Shown: positions 18,742-26,546 of the stretch, in pieces
How the letters are laid out: every line of letters begins with the position of its first letter
How positions within the stretch are numbered: the stretch's first letter is position 1
Assembly (NCBI RefSeq): GCF_000020385.1
Contig: NC_010814.1
Location: forward strand, 90,001-122,000
DNA: 32,000 nucleotides
Direction of reading: 5' to 3'
From: Trichlorobacter lovleyi SZ
GTDB lineage: Bacteria > Desulfobacterota > Desulfuromonadia > Geobacterales > Pseudopelobacteraceae
Notes under the pieces: generated by a model
Databases searched by the model: none
Told to the model about the DNA's origin: nothing
The model's input: the letters and a program-made list of their open reading frames with translations, nothing else
Position numbers and translations under genes: made by a program

Positions 18742-20325
18742 TTATTTGCAGAGATTGGTAAAAGGCTGATTATCCTCGGCATCCCGGCCGTTCTGGATGG
18801 CATCCTTGTTCGGGATGCCGAGGTTGAGATCATGCAGCCGGTCTTTGGCCTCATTCCATGAAATGGCACCCACCACCGGATTTTTACAGGTTTTGTCGTT
18901 GGTGGTGAAGTTGGTTTTGCTGTTGTAGGTCATCAGACAGGTCAGCTTGCCGCCACCGCTGCAGTTTCTGACCAGGGTGAGGATCGTGCCGTCTTTGACC
19001 CGCAGCGGCACGGCATCAGGGCTGGTGAACGGGTGCGCGCTGCCGCTGTCGATACTGTAGGTCCCGCTTAGTCCGCCGGTCGGATGCAGCAGGAAATTGG
19101 GCAGCTGGATCGGGATCGTACCTGCTGCCCGTTTCCCGAAGCTGATCGTAAACCCCTTGATCTCGTTTGCCTTGCAGTTGCCCAGGCTGCCCGCGTCATC
19201 ATACTGCCAGGTGTAGGCGCCACTGCAGCCGCTGTTCTTGATGGTGTCGGGATAGCGTTTTGATGCCGCATCCCACACAAATTTGCAGCCGTCCTCCTGC
19301 TCAATGCAGACCACCTGATTCTGGGCGGCCTTATCCACCGGCTTGCCCGGTTTGCCCTGCTTGTCCTTGCTATCACCCCATTTGCCGTAGTCGCCCGCCT
19401 TCAGGGCCAGCGGCGAGCAGCCGGCCGAAGCGATGCCGGTGACCGGGTTTTTGTCAGGGCAGGGCGCCTTGTCGCTACACTGGTTACCGCAGCCGCAGGT
19501 GCTGTCGCTGGCGCATTTTGCTGCCAAAATAAAATACTGCTGCTTTTTCAGGAAATCCTTGTTGTCGGCCTCAAAAAGCTTGTACGGGGCAAGGCAGACG
19601 CCGCCGGCCGGGCGATCGGTCCAGGGACAGGCGGGCAGTGCGCTGCAGCCGACCGTCTTGGTGCAACTGCTGCTGGCGGTGGTGGTCAGGGTGATCTGGA
19701 TAGGGAAGTTATAGCCATCCACGTAACTGACGTTGTACCAGCTCTTGCCGTCCTTGTCGTTCAGGGTAAATTCTGCCATAGAGGCCGGCTGATTGCCGGT
19801 GGTGCAGGTATTGTCGCCGCAACCGTTGCCGCCGGAATCCTGGCAGCAGTCTCCCACGGCGCACTTGTTGCCCTCGCAGCCGGTCCTGGCAACAAACCGG
19901 CCGTTAAAGGTGGATGGAGCGCACCAGCTGCGGGTCTTGCCCGCCTCAAGCTTCCAGTCCGGAAAGCTGCTCTTGTCGGGAGCCTGGCCCCTGTTGGCCT
20001 TGCCCAGCCAGACCCCCAGAAAGATATCCTCCCCCGAGTTATTGACAAAATTCAGCGGAACGCAACTTTCTGCCTGTGGCAGGGCAACCGCGGCCTGTAG
20101 CGGTCGGGGAGCGGCCTGGGCAGCCTCCAGGCACTCCTGGAGGTGCCGGGCAAAGATTTCCTGATCGCCGGCCTTATCAAGGTTGTAGGTGTACTCAGCC
20201 GCCTTCTTCTCGCATTCGTAGCGGAGCTTTGAAAACCCCGGTGCTTCGGCAGCCTGGCCCACCGCTGCAACCAGACAGGTGGTGATGCTCAACAGTGCCA
20301 ACAGCTTCAACCGGACAGATGCCAT
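18742..20325 (-). CDS. secreted thaumatin-like protein (TLP domain plus extra N- and C-terminal regions)
   Basis: Start at ATG 20325 (AAGGAGGA SD) with signal peptide MASVRLKLLALLSITTCLVAAVGQA. Thaumatin-family blocks are present: GRFVARTGC, CAVGDC, ASMAEFTLN, WYNVSYVDGYNFPIQIT and AYTWQYDDAGSLGNC...GFTISF. Very Cys-rich. Confidence 0.75.
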   Translation of the reverse strand: MASVRLKLLALLSITTCLVAAVGQAAEAPGFSKLRYECEKKAAEYTYNLDKAGDQEIFARHLQECLEAAQAAPRPLQAAVALPQAESCVPLNFVNNSGEDIFLGVWLGKANRGQAPDKSSFPDWKLEAGKTRSWCAPSTFNGRFVARTGCEGNKCAVGDCCQDSGGNGCGDNTCTTGNQPASMAEFTLNDKDGKSWYNVSYVDGYNFPIQITLTTTASSSCTKTVGCSALPACPWTDRPAGGVCLAPYKLFEADNKDFLKKQQYFILAAKCASDSTCGCGNQCSDKAPCPDKNPVTGIASAGCSPLALKAGDYGKWGDSKDKQGKPGKPVDKAAQNQVVCIEQEDGCKFVWDAASKRYPDTIKNSGCSGAYTWQYDDAGSLGNCKANEIKGFTISFGKRAAGTIPIQLPNFLLHPTGGLSGTYSIDSGSAHPFTSPDAVPLRVKDGTILTLVRNCSGGGKLTCLMTYNSKTNFTTNDKTCKNPVVGAISWNEAKDRLHDLNLGIPNKDAIQNGRDAEDNQPFTNLCK

Positions 20326-20562
20326 GGCTATCCTCCTTTTCCAGCGCTGCGTTGTGGGATTGATGCTGCAGATTGGATTATATACTTCTAACAGAGTGCG
20401 GAGCGATGTCAAATCAGTCAGCTGGAAAGGGGGAGAGAGAACTGATGCAGTAACTGGGGTGTCTTGGTTTATGAAATCATACATACTTGCAATTATCGCA
20501 GTTGTTCCCTAAATAGATAAAATTACGCTGCCTCGTGCAGGCACGACATCACGGAGGATTCT

Positions 20563-20880
20563 ATGGCCTGGACCTATCTTATTCTTGCCGGACTGCTCGA
20601 AATCGGCTGGCCGATCGGCCTCAAACTAGGCTGGACGGAGAACGGCCCGCGACCGCTCTGGCTCGGCTTTGCCGTACTCTGCATCATACTCAGCGGTTCG
20701 TTCCTGTTACAGGCGCAACGGGTCATACCGATGGGAACGGCCTATGCGGTCTGGACCGGCATCGGAGCGGTGGGTACCTTTGCGGTGGGGATCGTGGCCT
20801 TTGGCGACGCCGTCAGCATGCTCCGGATCGCCTCGGCCGGTCTGATCATCGCCGGGGTGGTGGGACTCAAATTCGCCTGA
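20563..20880 (+). CDS. sugE: SMR-family SugE/Gdx (guanidinium/quaternary cation) exporter
   Basis: 105 aa, four TM helices, LLEIGW and GTAYAVWTGIGAVG motifs characteristic of SugE. Confidence 0.9.
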   Translation: MAWTYLILAGLLEIGWPIGLKLGWTENGPRPLWLGFAVLCIILSGSFLLQAQRVIPMGTAYAVWTGIGAVGTFAVGIVAFGDAVSMLRIASAGLIIAGVVGLKFA

Positions 20881-20998
20881 ATATCGACAGCCCCGTTACT
20901 TGCCAGGTCAGCAGTCTGCATCTCCGGCAGACTCGTTGCCGGATCTGTCCAAAATCAACACGGTCTGCGGCTTCACCTGAAGCCCGTGGTTACACGCC

Positions 20999-21760
20999 TC
21001 AGGTCCTCCCCGGAGGCGGTTCCGGGGAGCCTTTGCACCTGTTCAGCGGGTCGCAGCTCGTATCCTCGTTGCAGGGGGGCAGATCCCAGGTCTGCGGGGC
21101 CGCCCCTTTTCGCATGGTAACGCAAAACAGGTCGCGGGGCAGACTGCCCTCCTCCATGCGGTTAACCTGCAGAAGCTCATAGCCCCGGGACAACCGGCGG
21201 ATCTTTTCAGCCGTAAAGAACTGGACCGCAAATCCACCGATTTCGTAGATATCTTCACCCCAATGGGTGCCTGCCCGGTAATGCCTGTCAAAGTTGCTGC
21301 GGACCGAATACAGGGCCAATCCGCCCGGTTTGAGAACGCGGTGCATCTCGCGCAGGACAAAGGCGATCTCAGCGTTGGAAAGCTCCATGCACAGCAGCAT
21401 GTGGGAATAACATGCGTCGAACTGCTCGTCGGCAAACGGAAGGGCCTCCCGCACGTCGTGGCTATGGGGGTGTATCAGGGCAAGCAGGCCTGCATCTGCT
21501 GCCTTTTTCCGAACTGCCGCAACAGCAGCTTCTGAATAATCAAGGGCGGTCACCGCCAGCGCCTGCCCGGCAAACAGAACCGTATCGCGACCCTGGCCGC
21601 ACCCAACCTCCAGCAGTGAGCGCACGCCGTTTTGCCGGAACAGCTCAAGCGAGACCCTGGCGAACTCGCTTGGCTGCTCACCGAAAAATGCGTCAGACCG
21701 GCTAAACTGGCTGTCCCACTGTTCTTGCTGGTCCGGTTTCACTGGTTCTGCCCGATCCAT
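20999..21760 (-). CDS. class I SAM-dependent methyltransferase
   Basis: Motif I LLEVGCGQGRDT and a post-I acidic residue (ALDYS). The C-terminal roughly 30 aa are Pro/Cys-rich and could be read-through. Confidence 0.8.
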   Translation of the reverse strand: MDRAEPVKPDQQEQWDSQFSRSDAFFGEQPSEFARVSLELFRQNGVRSLLEVGCGQGRDTVLFAGQALAVTALDYSEAAVAAVRKKAADAGLLALIHPHSHDVREALPFADEQFDACYSHMLLCMELSNAEIAFVLREMHRVLKPGGLALYSVRSNFDRHYRAGTHWGEDIYEIGGFAVQFFTAEKIRRLSRGYELLQVNRMEEGSLPRDLFCVTMRKGAAPQTWDLPPCNEDTSCDPLNRCKGSPEPPPGRT

Positions 21761-21798
21761 GACATGCTCATTTCTTCAGGCTGCGCTGCCTGGTTTAG

Positions 21799-21940
21799 CA
21801 GGCTGTTGAAAAACTACTACGGAGCCCGTCTACGGCGTTGCGCGGTGCTCGCTCCTTCTCCTAACTATACGTTATGTCTCAGTCGCTGTGCGCCGTGCGC
21901 CTTGTAGCCGTGCTTCCTCATAACGTTTTTCAACAGCCTG
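21799..21940. repeat. intergenic imperfect-palindrome repeat, copy A
   Basis: Perfect 16-bp terminal inverted repeats CAGGCTGTTGAAAAAC (21799-21814) / GTTTTTCAACAGCCTG (21925-21940). The interior aligns with 30379-30509, for example CTACGGCGTTGCGCGGTGCTCGC against CTACTGCGTTGCGCGGTGCTCAC. Confidence 0.8.
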
Positions 21941-21948
21941 TTAGTCCG

Positions 21949-22185
21949 TTACTCCTTGATCAGCCTGTGCTGCCGGAAGATCGCCTCCACCAGGGGGCCG
22001 TCTTCCACGGTAAAGCCGATCTTGACCCACTGGCTCTTCAGGTCGGCCATAAAGATCCTGTCGCGCCTGGGCCGGTCGTAATCTGCCGGAAACCAGGTCT
22101 TGATGTTGCCGGTGCCGTGCAGGCAGGGGCCAAAGCTTTTGTCTCCTGTTGGCTGACCGAAGGCGCAGGCGACAGGCGTACCCTG
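21949..22185 (-). pseudogene. 5'-truncated gene remnant (C-terminal 78 codons, family not recognised)
   Basis: Protein-like open frame ...VACAFGQPTGDKSFGPCLHGTGNIKTWFPADYDRPRRDRIFMADLKSQWVKIGFTVEDGPLVEAIFRQHRLIKE* with no usable start codon. The frame opens right after a TGA at 22186-22188 and overlaps the low-complexity tail of the Mrr-like ORF in another frame. Confidence 0.5.
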
Positions 22186-22826
22186 TCAATCAGGCTCTTC
22201 AGTTGAGGGCCGTCAATCAACTCAAGGTTAAGTCCTTGAGCAAACTTTATTGCCTCATCGGTATACACGCCAGAGGTCACAAAGTAGCCGCCGGCCGCGC
22301 CATTTGCAGCCATGACACCGTAAAACTCACGCACCGGCTGGACCCCGACCTTGTAGGCCTTCCACTGTTTGCACTGCACCAGATGCTTTTCGCTGTTTTT
22401 GCGTACTACAAGGTCGATGCCGCTGTCAGGGCCATTGCCGCCTGCCCGGCTCACCTGAAAACCGGCACGCTGGAAGTGCTCGGCAACCAATCGCTCAAAA
22501 TCGCCCCAGCTCATCTGATTGAGCGCAGTTGCATCAGCTGCTGCTGCCGCTTTCTCATAGAGCCTTTTTTGGCGCAGTGCGTTTATGCCTGAAATGAGCG
22601 CGGCCAGTCCAAAGCCAAAAGGCAGGATGTATTGACCAAGCATGGCAAGGGATGCCAGCATGCCTTTTACCACCATCTCACCCACTGTGGCTGATGTAAG
22701 CGGACGGCCGGCAATCTGGTGCAGCACGGCATAGGAAACCAACGCCAATACGATTCCGACCCACCAGGGGAGCCTGCTGGTCGCCAGTACTAACTCTTCA
22801 AATGGGCTTGTCTTCTGTCTGGGCAT
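22038..22826 (-). CDS. membrane-anchored Mrr-type (PD-(D/E)xK) restriction endonuclease domain protein, C-terminus probably aberrant
   Basis: N-terminal TM helices, then Mrr_cat-like WGDFERLVAEHF...GIDLVV...LVQCKQW...GYFVTSG. After ...LIDGPQLKSLIDR the last roughly 45 aa are A/P/S/T/G/R low complexity, consistent with read-through into foreign sequence. Confidence 0.7.
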   Translation of the reverse strand: MPRQKTSPFEELVLATSRLPWWVGIVLALVSYAVLHQIAGRPLTSATVGEMVVKGMLASLAMLGQYILPFGFGLAALISGINALRQKRLYEKAAAAADATALNQMSWGDFERLVAEHFQRAGFQVSRAGGNGPDSGIDLVVRKNSEKHLVQCKQWKAYKVGVQPVREFYGVMAANGAAGGYFVTSGVYTDEAIKFAQGLNLELIDGPQLKSLIDRVRLSPAPSVSQQETKALAPACTAPATSRPGFRQITTGPGATGSLWPT

Positions 22827-22950
22827 ACCGTTTCTTCATCTCATGATGCAGCCTGCAGGCTGGCATTGGTATATCTGTGACCTGACTCCGGCTTCTGCTA
22901 CAAAAAATATGGCTTTAAAAATCAGCTATATTGATAAGTTACAAGAAAAC

Positions 22951-24288
22951 TCAGCATTGTCCGGTTAGGGACTTGCATGTGCTGGGTATTCTGTTGAAGT
23001 TTCTGTTTTTGCATCGTTTTCATATTCAGCCATCATTTGTATGATTTCGTTGTGTATGGCAATTCTCAGTTCTCTGACACGTTGAATACTGACTTTTTCC
23101 TGATGTTCTTCATGGCAGTAAATGGCCAGTAACAGATAGGTGATCAATCCACCCATAATCTGCGCCATCAAGCCATTGGGACTGCGAGCTATCAGGTGGT
23201 ACACCTTGAGGTGCTGCTTCCACCAGCCAAAGAAGATCTCAATGTCCCATCTGAGCTTGTAGATGAGGGCTATTTCTTCAGCTTTCAGGTCAAACCGGTC
23301 TGTGGCAACATAGAAATCCTTGTTCTCCACCTTGTAGCCGATGACACGAACTGGCTTTTCTGTCTGGTTTTGTCCTTTGGTTCCCAGAAGGCATTCTACG
23401 TCCAGAAAGACATGGCTGCCTTCAAGAAGTTCCCGCTCTTTCAGAACCGTCTTTCTGGTGGCCTTTCTGATACGGCAGACAAAGTGTTTCTCAGCCTCCT
23501 GCCACTCATCGAAGTTCTTGTGGCACTGGTAGTAGCGATCCATAACGCCGGTCTGCCCAGACTTCAGGATCTTGGCAACAAAGGGGCGTTCATCAGCCTT
23601 GCCTGCAGACAGAAAGAGCTTTTCAGGAATGCCTCTATTCAGGTCAAAACCAACATGTACCTTGGCCTTGTGTGCGCCGTCCCGGTAATCAGCCCACTGC
23701 ATGGAGGCCATGGCATCGATCAGTGAGCCGTCAATGCCGATCAGGTCACCCCATTCTGGATGGGCAGCAGGAAGCAACTTCTTTGCCTGGCCTTGCAGAT
23801 AGTGATACATCTCGATCAACTGCTGCACCCCACGGGTATTCATGGCCTCAAAAAAGGCGCCCCGACTTACCCCTTCGGGTGGTGCAATATGGTCCTTGGC
23901 AAAAGCATCTTGATCGAGCACCTGCAGTAACTCACGTCCTGACTGGTGGTCGTGAAGATGGAACCAGGTAAGTGAAGACAATTGGTGTTCAAAGGTAAAG
24001 GTCAATGGGCGGTTACTCCTTGATTTCAGAGGTGTCAAAGAGGGTAACCCATCAACCAGCGGTTTGAATAGTCTTGAGTACACAAGCGGCTTTCCATGAC
24101 GGCAGAATGGTCTGAAATGACGTGGCATACACAACCTCGCAATATCAATATCTTACGAGGTGGCGGCGCGCCGATTTTGCACTCAAAGTCAAGCAAAATG
24201 TACTTCATCATACTATTTTTATTGATGTTTTAAAGAACCATTCTACTGCCGTGCTTATGAATGCATATTTCTAACCGGACACTGCTGA
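22951..24288 (-). mobile_element. complete IS element (IS4/IS5-superfamily DDE transposase), 1338 bp
   Basis: Terminal inverted repeats TCAGCATTGTCCGGTTAG (22951-22968) and the reverse complement of 24271-24288 (TCAGCAGTGTCCGGTTAG) match 17/18. It is flanked by a 7-bp direct repeat AGAAAAC (22944-22950 and 24289-24295). Confidence 0.85.
22965..24134 (-). CDS. DDE transposase (DDE_Tnp_1 type)
   Basis: GIDGSLIDA, VMDRYY and YKLRWDIEIFFGWWKQHLK (the Y-R-E-K signature region). Start could be the second ATG (MPRHF...). Confidence 0.85.
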   Translation of the reverse strand: MCMPRHFRPFCRHGKPLVYSRLFKPLVDGLPSLTPLKSRSNRPLTFTFEHQLSSLTWFHLHDHQSGRELLQVLDQDAFAKDHIAPPEGVSRGAFFEAMNTRGVQQLIEMYHYLQGQAKKLLPAAHPEWGDLIGIDGSLIDAMASMQWADYRDGAHKAKVHVGFDLNRGIPEKLFLSAGKADERPFVAKILKSGQTGVMDRYYQCHKNFDEWQEAEKHFVCRIRKATRKTVLKERELLEGSHVFLDVECLLGTKGQNQTEKPVRVIGYKVENKDFYVATDRFDLKAEEIALIYKLRWDIEIFFGWWKQHLKVYHLIARSPNGLMAQIMGGLITYLLLAIYCHEEHQEKVSIQRVRELRIAIHNEIIQMMAEYENDAKTETSTEYPAHASP

Positions 24289-24313
24289 AGAAAACTGTAA
24301 AATTTCTTTACAC

Positions 24314-24350
24314 CTTGAAAAAACGAAAAACCCGCCTTTTGGGCGGGTTT
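24314..24350 (-). terminator. rho-independent terminator (minus-strand orientation)
   Basis: AAACCCGCC-TTTTG-GGCGGGTTT (24328-24350), followed on the minus strand by TTCGTTTTTTC. Confidence 0.75.
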
Positions 24351-24571
24351 GGGTGTCAGCATATACGCTGTATGGAAGGCCGGTTGGGCATGGGCTTTCC
24401 TCTGTGATGTAGTGGTTGGCTATCTAGTAGCGCAACTGGCGGATGCTTGTCCAGTTAAAACAGCTTGCCAGCTGCATTTCTAAAACTGCCCTCCAAAGCC
24501 CTGATCAGACAGGCAAGCAGACGTTCCTGATTGTCCAGAGTGTTGGTTCGTATGAGATGAACTCTGAATAT

Positions 24572-24604
24572 GAATAGATACAGAATAGATACTGAATAGA
24601 TATC
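24572..24604. repeat. three tandem 11-bp repeats GAATAGATAC(A/T)
   Basis: GAATAGATACA, GAATAGATACT and GAATAGATATC at 24572, 24583 and 24594. A half unit GAATAT lies at 24566 and a further GAATAGAT at 24661. Confidence 0.85.
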
Positions 24605-24709
24605 TTGTTGTGACTGTGTAGTCTTATCAATAAGTTAAATGTTTTGTCGCGACTATTTGCGAATAGATTGTTTGATTGATTTGAAGGGCACTGAACAGGA
24701 GGTTGAAGC

Positions 24710-25261
24710 TTAGGCGGGCTGCCTGGCGCGCCTGATCGAGCGTACCAGTATGGGTGCCATAAACATTATGCCAAGCACGATCAGCATGGTGGTGTCAGGG
24801 TCGCGTATGTACCTGTTCAGGCGCAGCGTTGTGATCGCAATAACGGCAAAGTAGAGCATGTCTCCGGCAATGGCAAAGGCCCAGCCGGCAATAAACCCGT
24901 GTCCTGCTGCCAGTGCCGAGGCGCGGCCGGTCATGGGATCAACACCAAAGGCGATCATGACCAGTGCAAAGGGACCGGCACCGGTACCGCTGAACTGCGC
25001 TGTGCTGCGCGCCATGGCAACCTTGAAGGCTGCGTTGAAGCGGGCCAGAAACGGGATCTTTCCGAACAGCATTGCGAGCATCCGCAGGATCGGTTCAAAG
25101 ACAATGGCCAGCAGCAGGTCGGAAACCAGATAGATTCCGGCGGTGAGGGGCCAGGTCAGCCCTTTGGCCTGGGCAAGCATGACACCGGCAGGGATTCCGC
25201 CGCCGACCGGGATAATGAACAGCTTCAGTACACCAAGCATGCTGGGGGTGGATGGGGTCAT
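24710..25261 (-). CDS. small multi-pass membrane protein (putative small multidrug export protein family)
   Basis: 183 aa, 4-5 hydrophobic helices, and a Gly-rich IPVGGGIPAG segment reminiscent of COG2426/PF06695. The family call rests on memory only. Confidence 0.5.
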   Translation of the reverse strand: MTPSTPSMLGVLKLFIIPVGGGIPAGVMLAQAKGLTWPLTAGIYLVSDLLLAIVFEPILRMLAMLFGKIPFLARFNAAFKVAMARSTAQFSGTGAGPFALVMIAFGVDPMTGRASALAAGHGFIAGWAFAIAGDMLYFAVIAITTLRLNRYIRDPDTTMLIVLGIMFMAPILVRSIRRARQPA

Positions 25262-25288
25262 GGTGTAACTATCCCTGGCTGAACAGCC

Positions 25289-25648
25289 TTATACCCCGTA
25301 ATGGGCAAAGGCCTTGACCACCTTGCCGTCCGGCCCGAAATGAAAGACCTCGGCAGCCAGCCGGTCCAGTGCGCCGCGATAGTAGAGGGTAATGCTGCTG
25401 ACCCCGGCAAGTACGGTGATCAGTTCAAACTGCAGATCCGGCAGCAGTTGCAGGGCCTGGCTCCAGTAAGCCCCCACCGCCTGCTTGCCCTGCAGCATGC
25501 CGGACGGTTCACCCGCAATCTGGGCAATTACCGGCGAGTGCATCTCAAAGTCATCGGCATAGTGACTGAGTACCTGCTCCAGATCATGGTTGTTCCAGGC
25601 TTCGATCCATTCATTGGCAAAACTGTGTGCAAAGGCCTGATCAATCAT
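25289..25648 (-). CDS. NTF2-like/SnoaL-like (ketosteroid isomerase fold) protein
   Basis: 119 aa. The N-terminus FANEWIEAWNNHDLEQVLSHYADDF is typical of SnoaL-like domains. Confidence 0.75.
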   Translation of the reverse strand: MIDQAFAHSFANEWIEAWNNHDLEQVLSHYADDFEMHSPVIAQIAGEPSGMLQGKQAVGAYWSQALQLLPDLQFELITVLAGVSSITLYYRGALDRLAAEVFHFGPDGKVVKAFAHYGV

Positions 25649-25721
25649 TGTTGTCCCCCGTTGCCTGGAGTCTGTTGGACTTAGGAAGTCGTAGTAGATT
25701 TATCCTGAGTCCGACAGGTTC

Positions 25722-26510
25722 CTAAATTATCCCCTTCAGCTTTAACGCCTCCATCACTATCTGCTGACGGTAGGCCCCCTCTGCCGGTTTGGTTATAGCC
25801 ATGTTCAGGGCAAAAAACCAGACCTCAGTGCCGGTTTCAACATAGCCCACATACCAGCCGGTTTGCGGCGTGTTTTTTTCTCCATAACCTGCCCAGCCGG
25901 TCTTGGCGTACAGGCGGTAGCCGGGCTTTTCCTCCATCAGCATGATCCTGGCCAGGGCATCGTAGGAGCTTGCCTTGAACGGCAGCTCTCGCTTGTACAG
26001 CTTATGCAGAAACAGCATCTGCTGCACCGCGCTGATCCGCAGATCACCGGACAGCCAGAAGCTGGTCAGCCCCGGCCCGGGATCGGCATTACCGTAGTCG
26101 ATCTTTTTCAGCCACTGCCGGTAGCGTGCAATGCCGATCCGCTGTGCCAGTTCCTGATAACACCAGACGCAGGAGTTTTTGAAGGCGCTGGTCAGGGTCT
26201 GATCCCGGTTCCAGGCCGGCACCCCTCTGTCTGTGCCATCCCATTTCAGTCGCTCCTGTTCAGTGACTACCCCTTCATCAAGGGCGATCAGGGTGTTGGG
26301 GATCTTGAAGGTGGAGGCGGGCAGCAGCGGCTTGTTGGCGCGGGCCTCGTCATGCAGGTGCAGGGCGTTACCCTTCAGGTTGGCGATCAGGAGGGTGCCG
26401 CTGACCTTGCGATCACTGAACAGCCTGGCAAGCACGGCATCTTCGGCCCTGGCAGGTGTTACAACACAGATCAGTAGCAGCAGCACTGCGTACAGGTGTA
26501 AGCGAGGCAT
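25722..26510 (-). CDS. class D (OXA-type) beta-lactamase
   Basis: All four class D blocks are present: STFK, SAV, YGN and KTGW. Signal peptide MPRLHLYAVLLLLICVVTPARA. Start set at ATG 26510 (AAGGA SD); the ORF track starts at 26531. Confidence 0.85.
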   Translation of the reverse strand: MPRLHLYAVLLLLICVVTPARAEDAVLARLFSDRKVSGTLLIANLKGNALHLHDEARANKPLLPASTFKIPNTLIALDEGVVTEQERLKWDGTDRGVPAWNRDQTLTSAFKNSCVWCYQELAQRIGIARYRQWLKKIDYGNADPGPGLTSFWLSGDLRISAVQQMLFLHKLYKRELPFKASSYDALARIMLMEEKPGYRLYAKTGWAGYGEKNTPQTGWYVGYVETGTEVWFFALNMAITKPAEGAYRQQIVMEALKLKGII

Positions 26511-26546
26511 GGTGTCACATCCTTTGCTCATAATATAAACGGCAAG

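Noticed and set aside
18717-20484. N-terminal extensions proposed by the ORF track: 18717-18869 for the lipoprotein and 20326-20484 for the thaumatin-like gene. Similar extensions occur at 11609-11719, 5727-5774, 7622-7645 and 26511-26531.
   Set aside because: In each case an internal ATG has a strong SD and is followed at once by a signal peptide or the conserved family N-terminus. The upstream codons are compositionally odd, or overlap the neighbouring gene or promoter.
20485-20562. Possible guanidine riboswitch (ykkC, mini-ykkC or guanidine-III) upstream of sugE/gdx. Two ACGR tetranucleotides (ACGA, ACGG) and a hairpin TCGTG-CAGG-CACGA next to the GGAGG SD.
   Set aside because: The ACGR motifs are not in tetraloops closed by GC stems as in guanidine-II. 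I cannot find the conserved GGGA or GGUCCGAGAG-type blocks of guanidine-I, or the guanidine-III pseudoknot. At most this is an SD-competing hairpin. A covariance-model scan (Rfam RF00442, RF01068, RF01763) would settle it.
24360-24570. tRNA or tRNA-fragment (attachment site) near the IS. Noted GTAGTGGTTGG (D-loop-like) and GGTTCGTAT (T-loop-like).
   Set aside because: The pieces are about 140 nt apart. No acceptor, anticodon or T stems can be drawn around them, and there is no GGTTCGAAT-type loop with a 5-bp stem.
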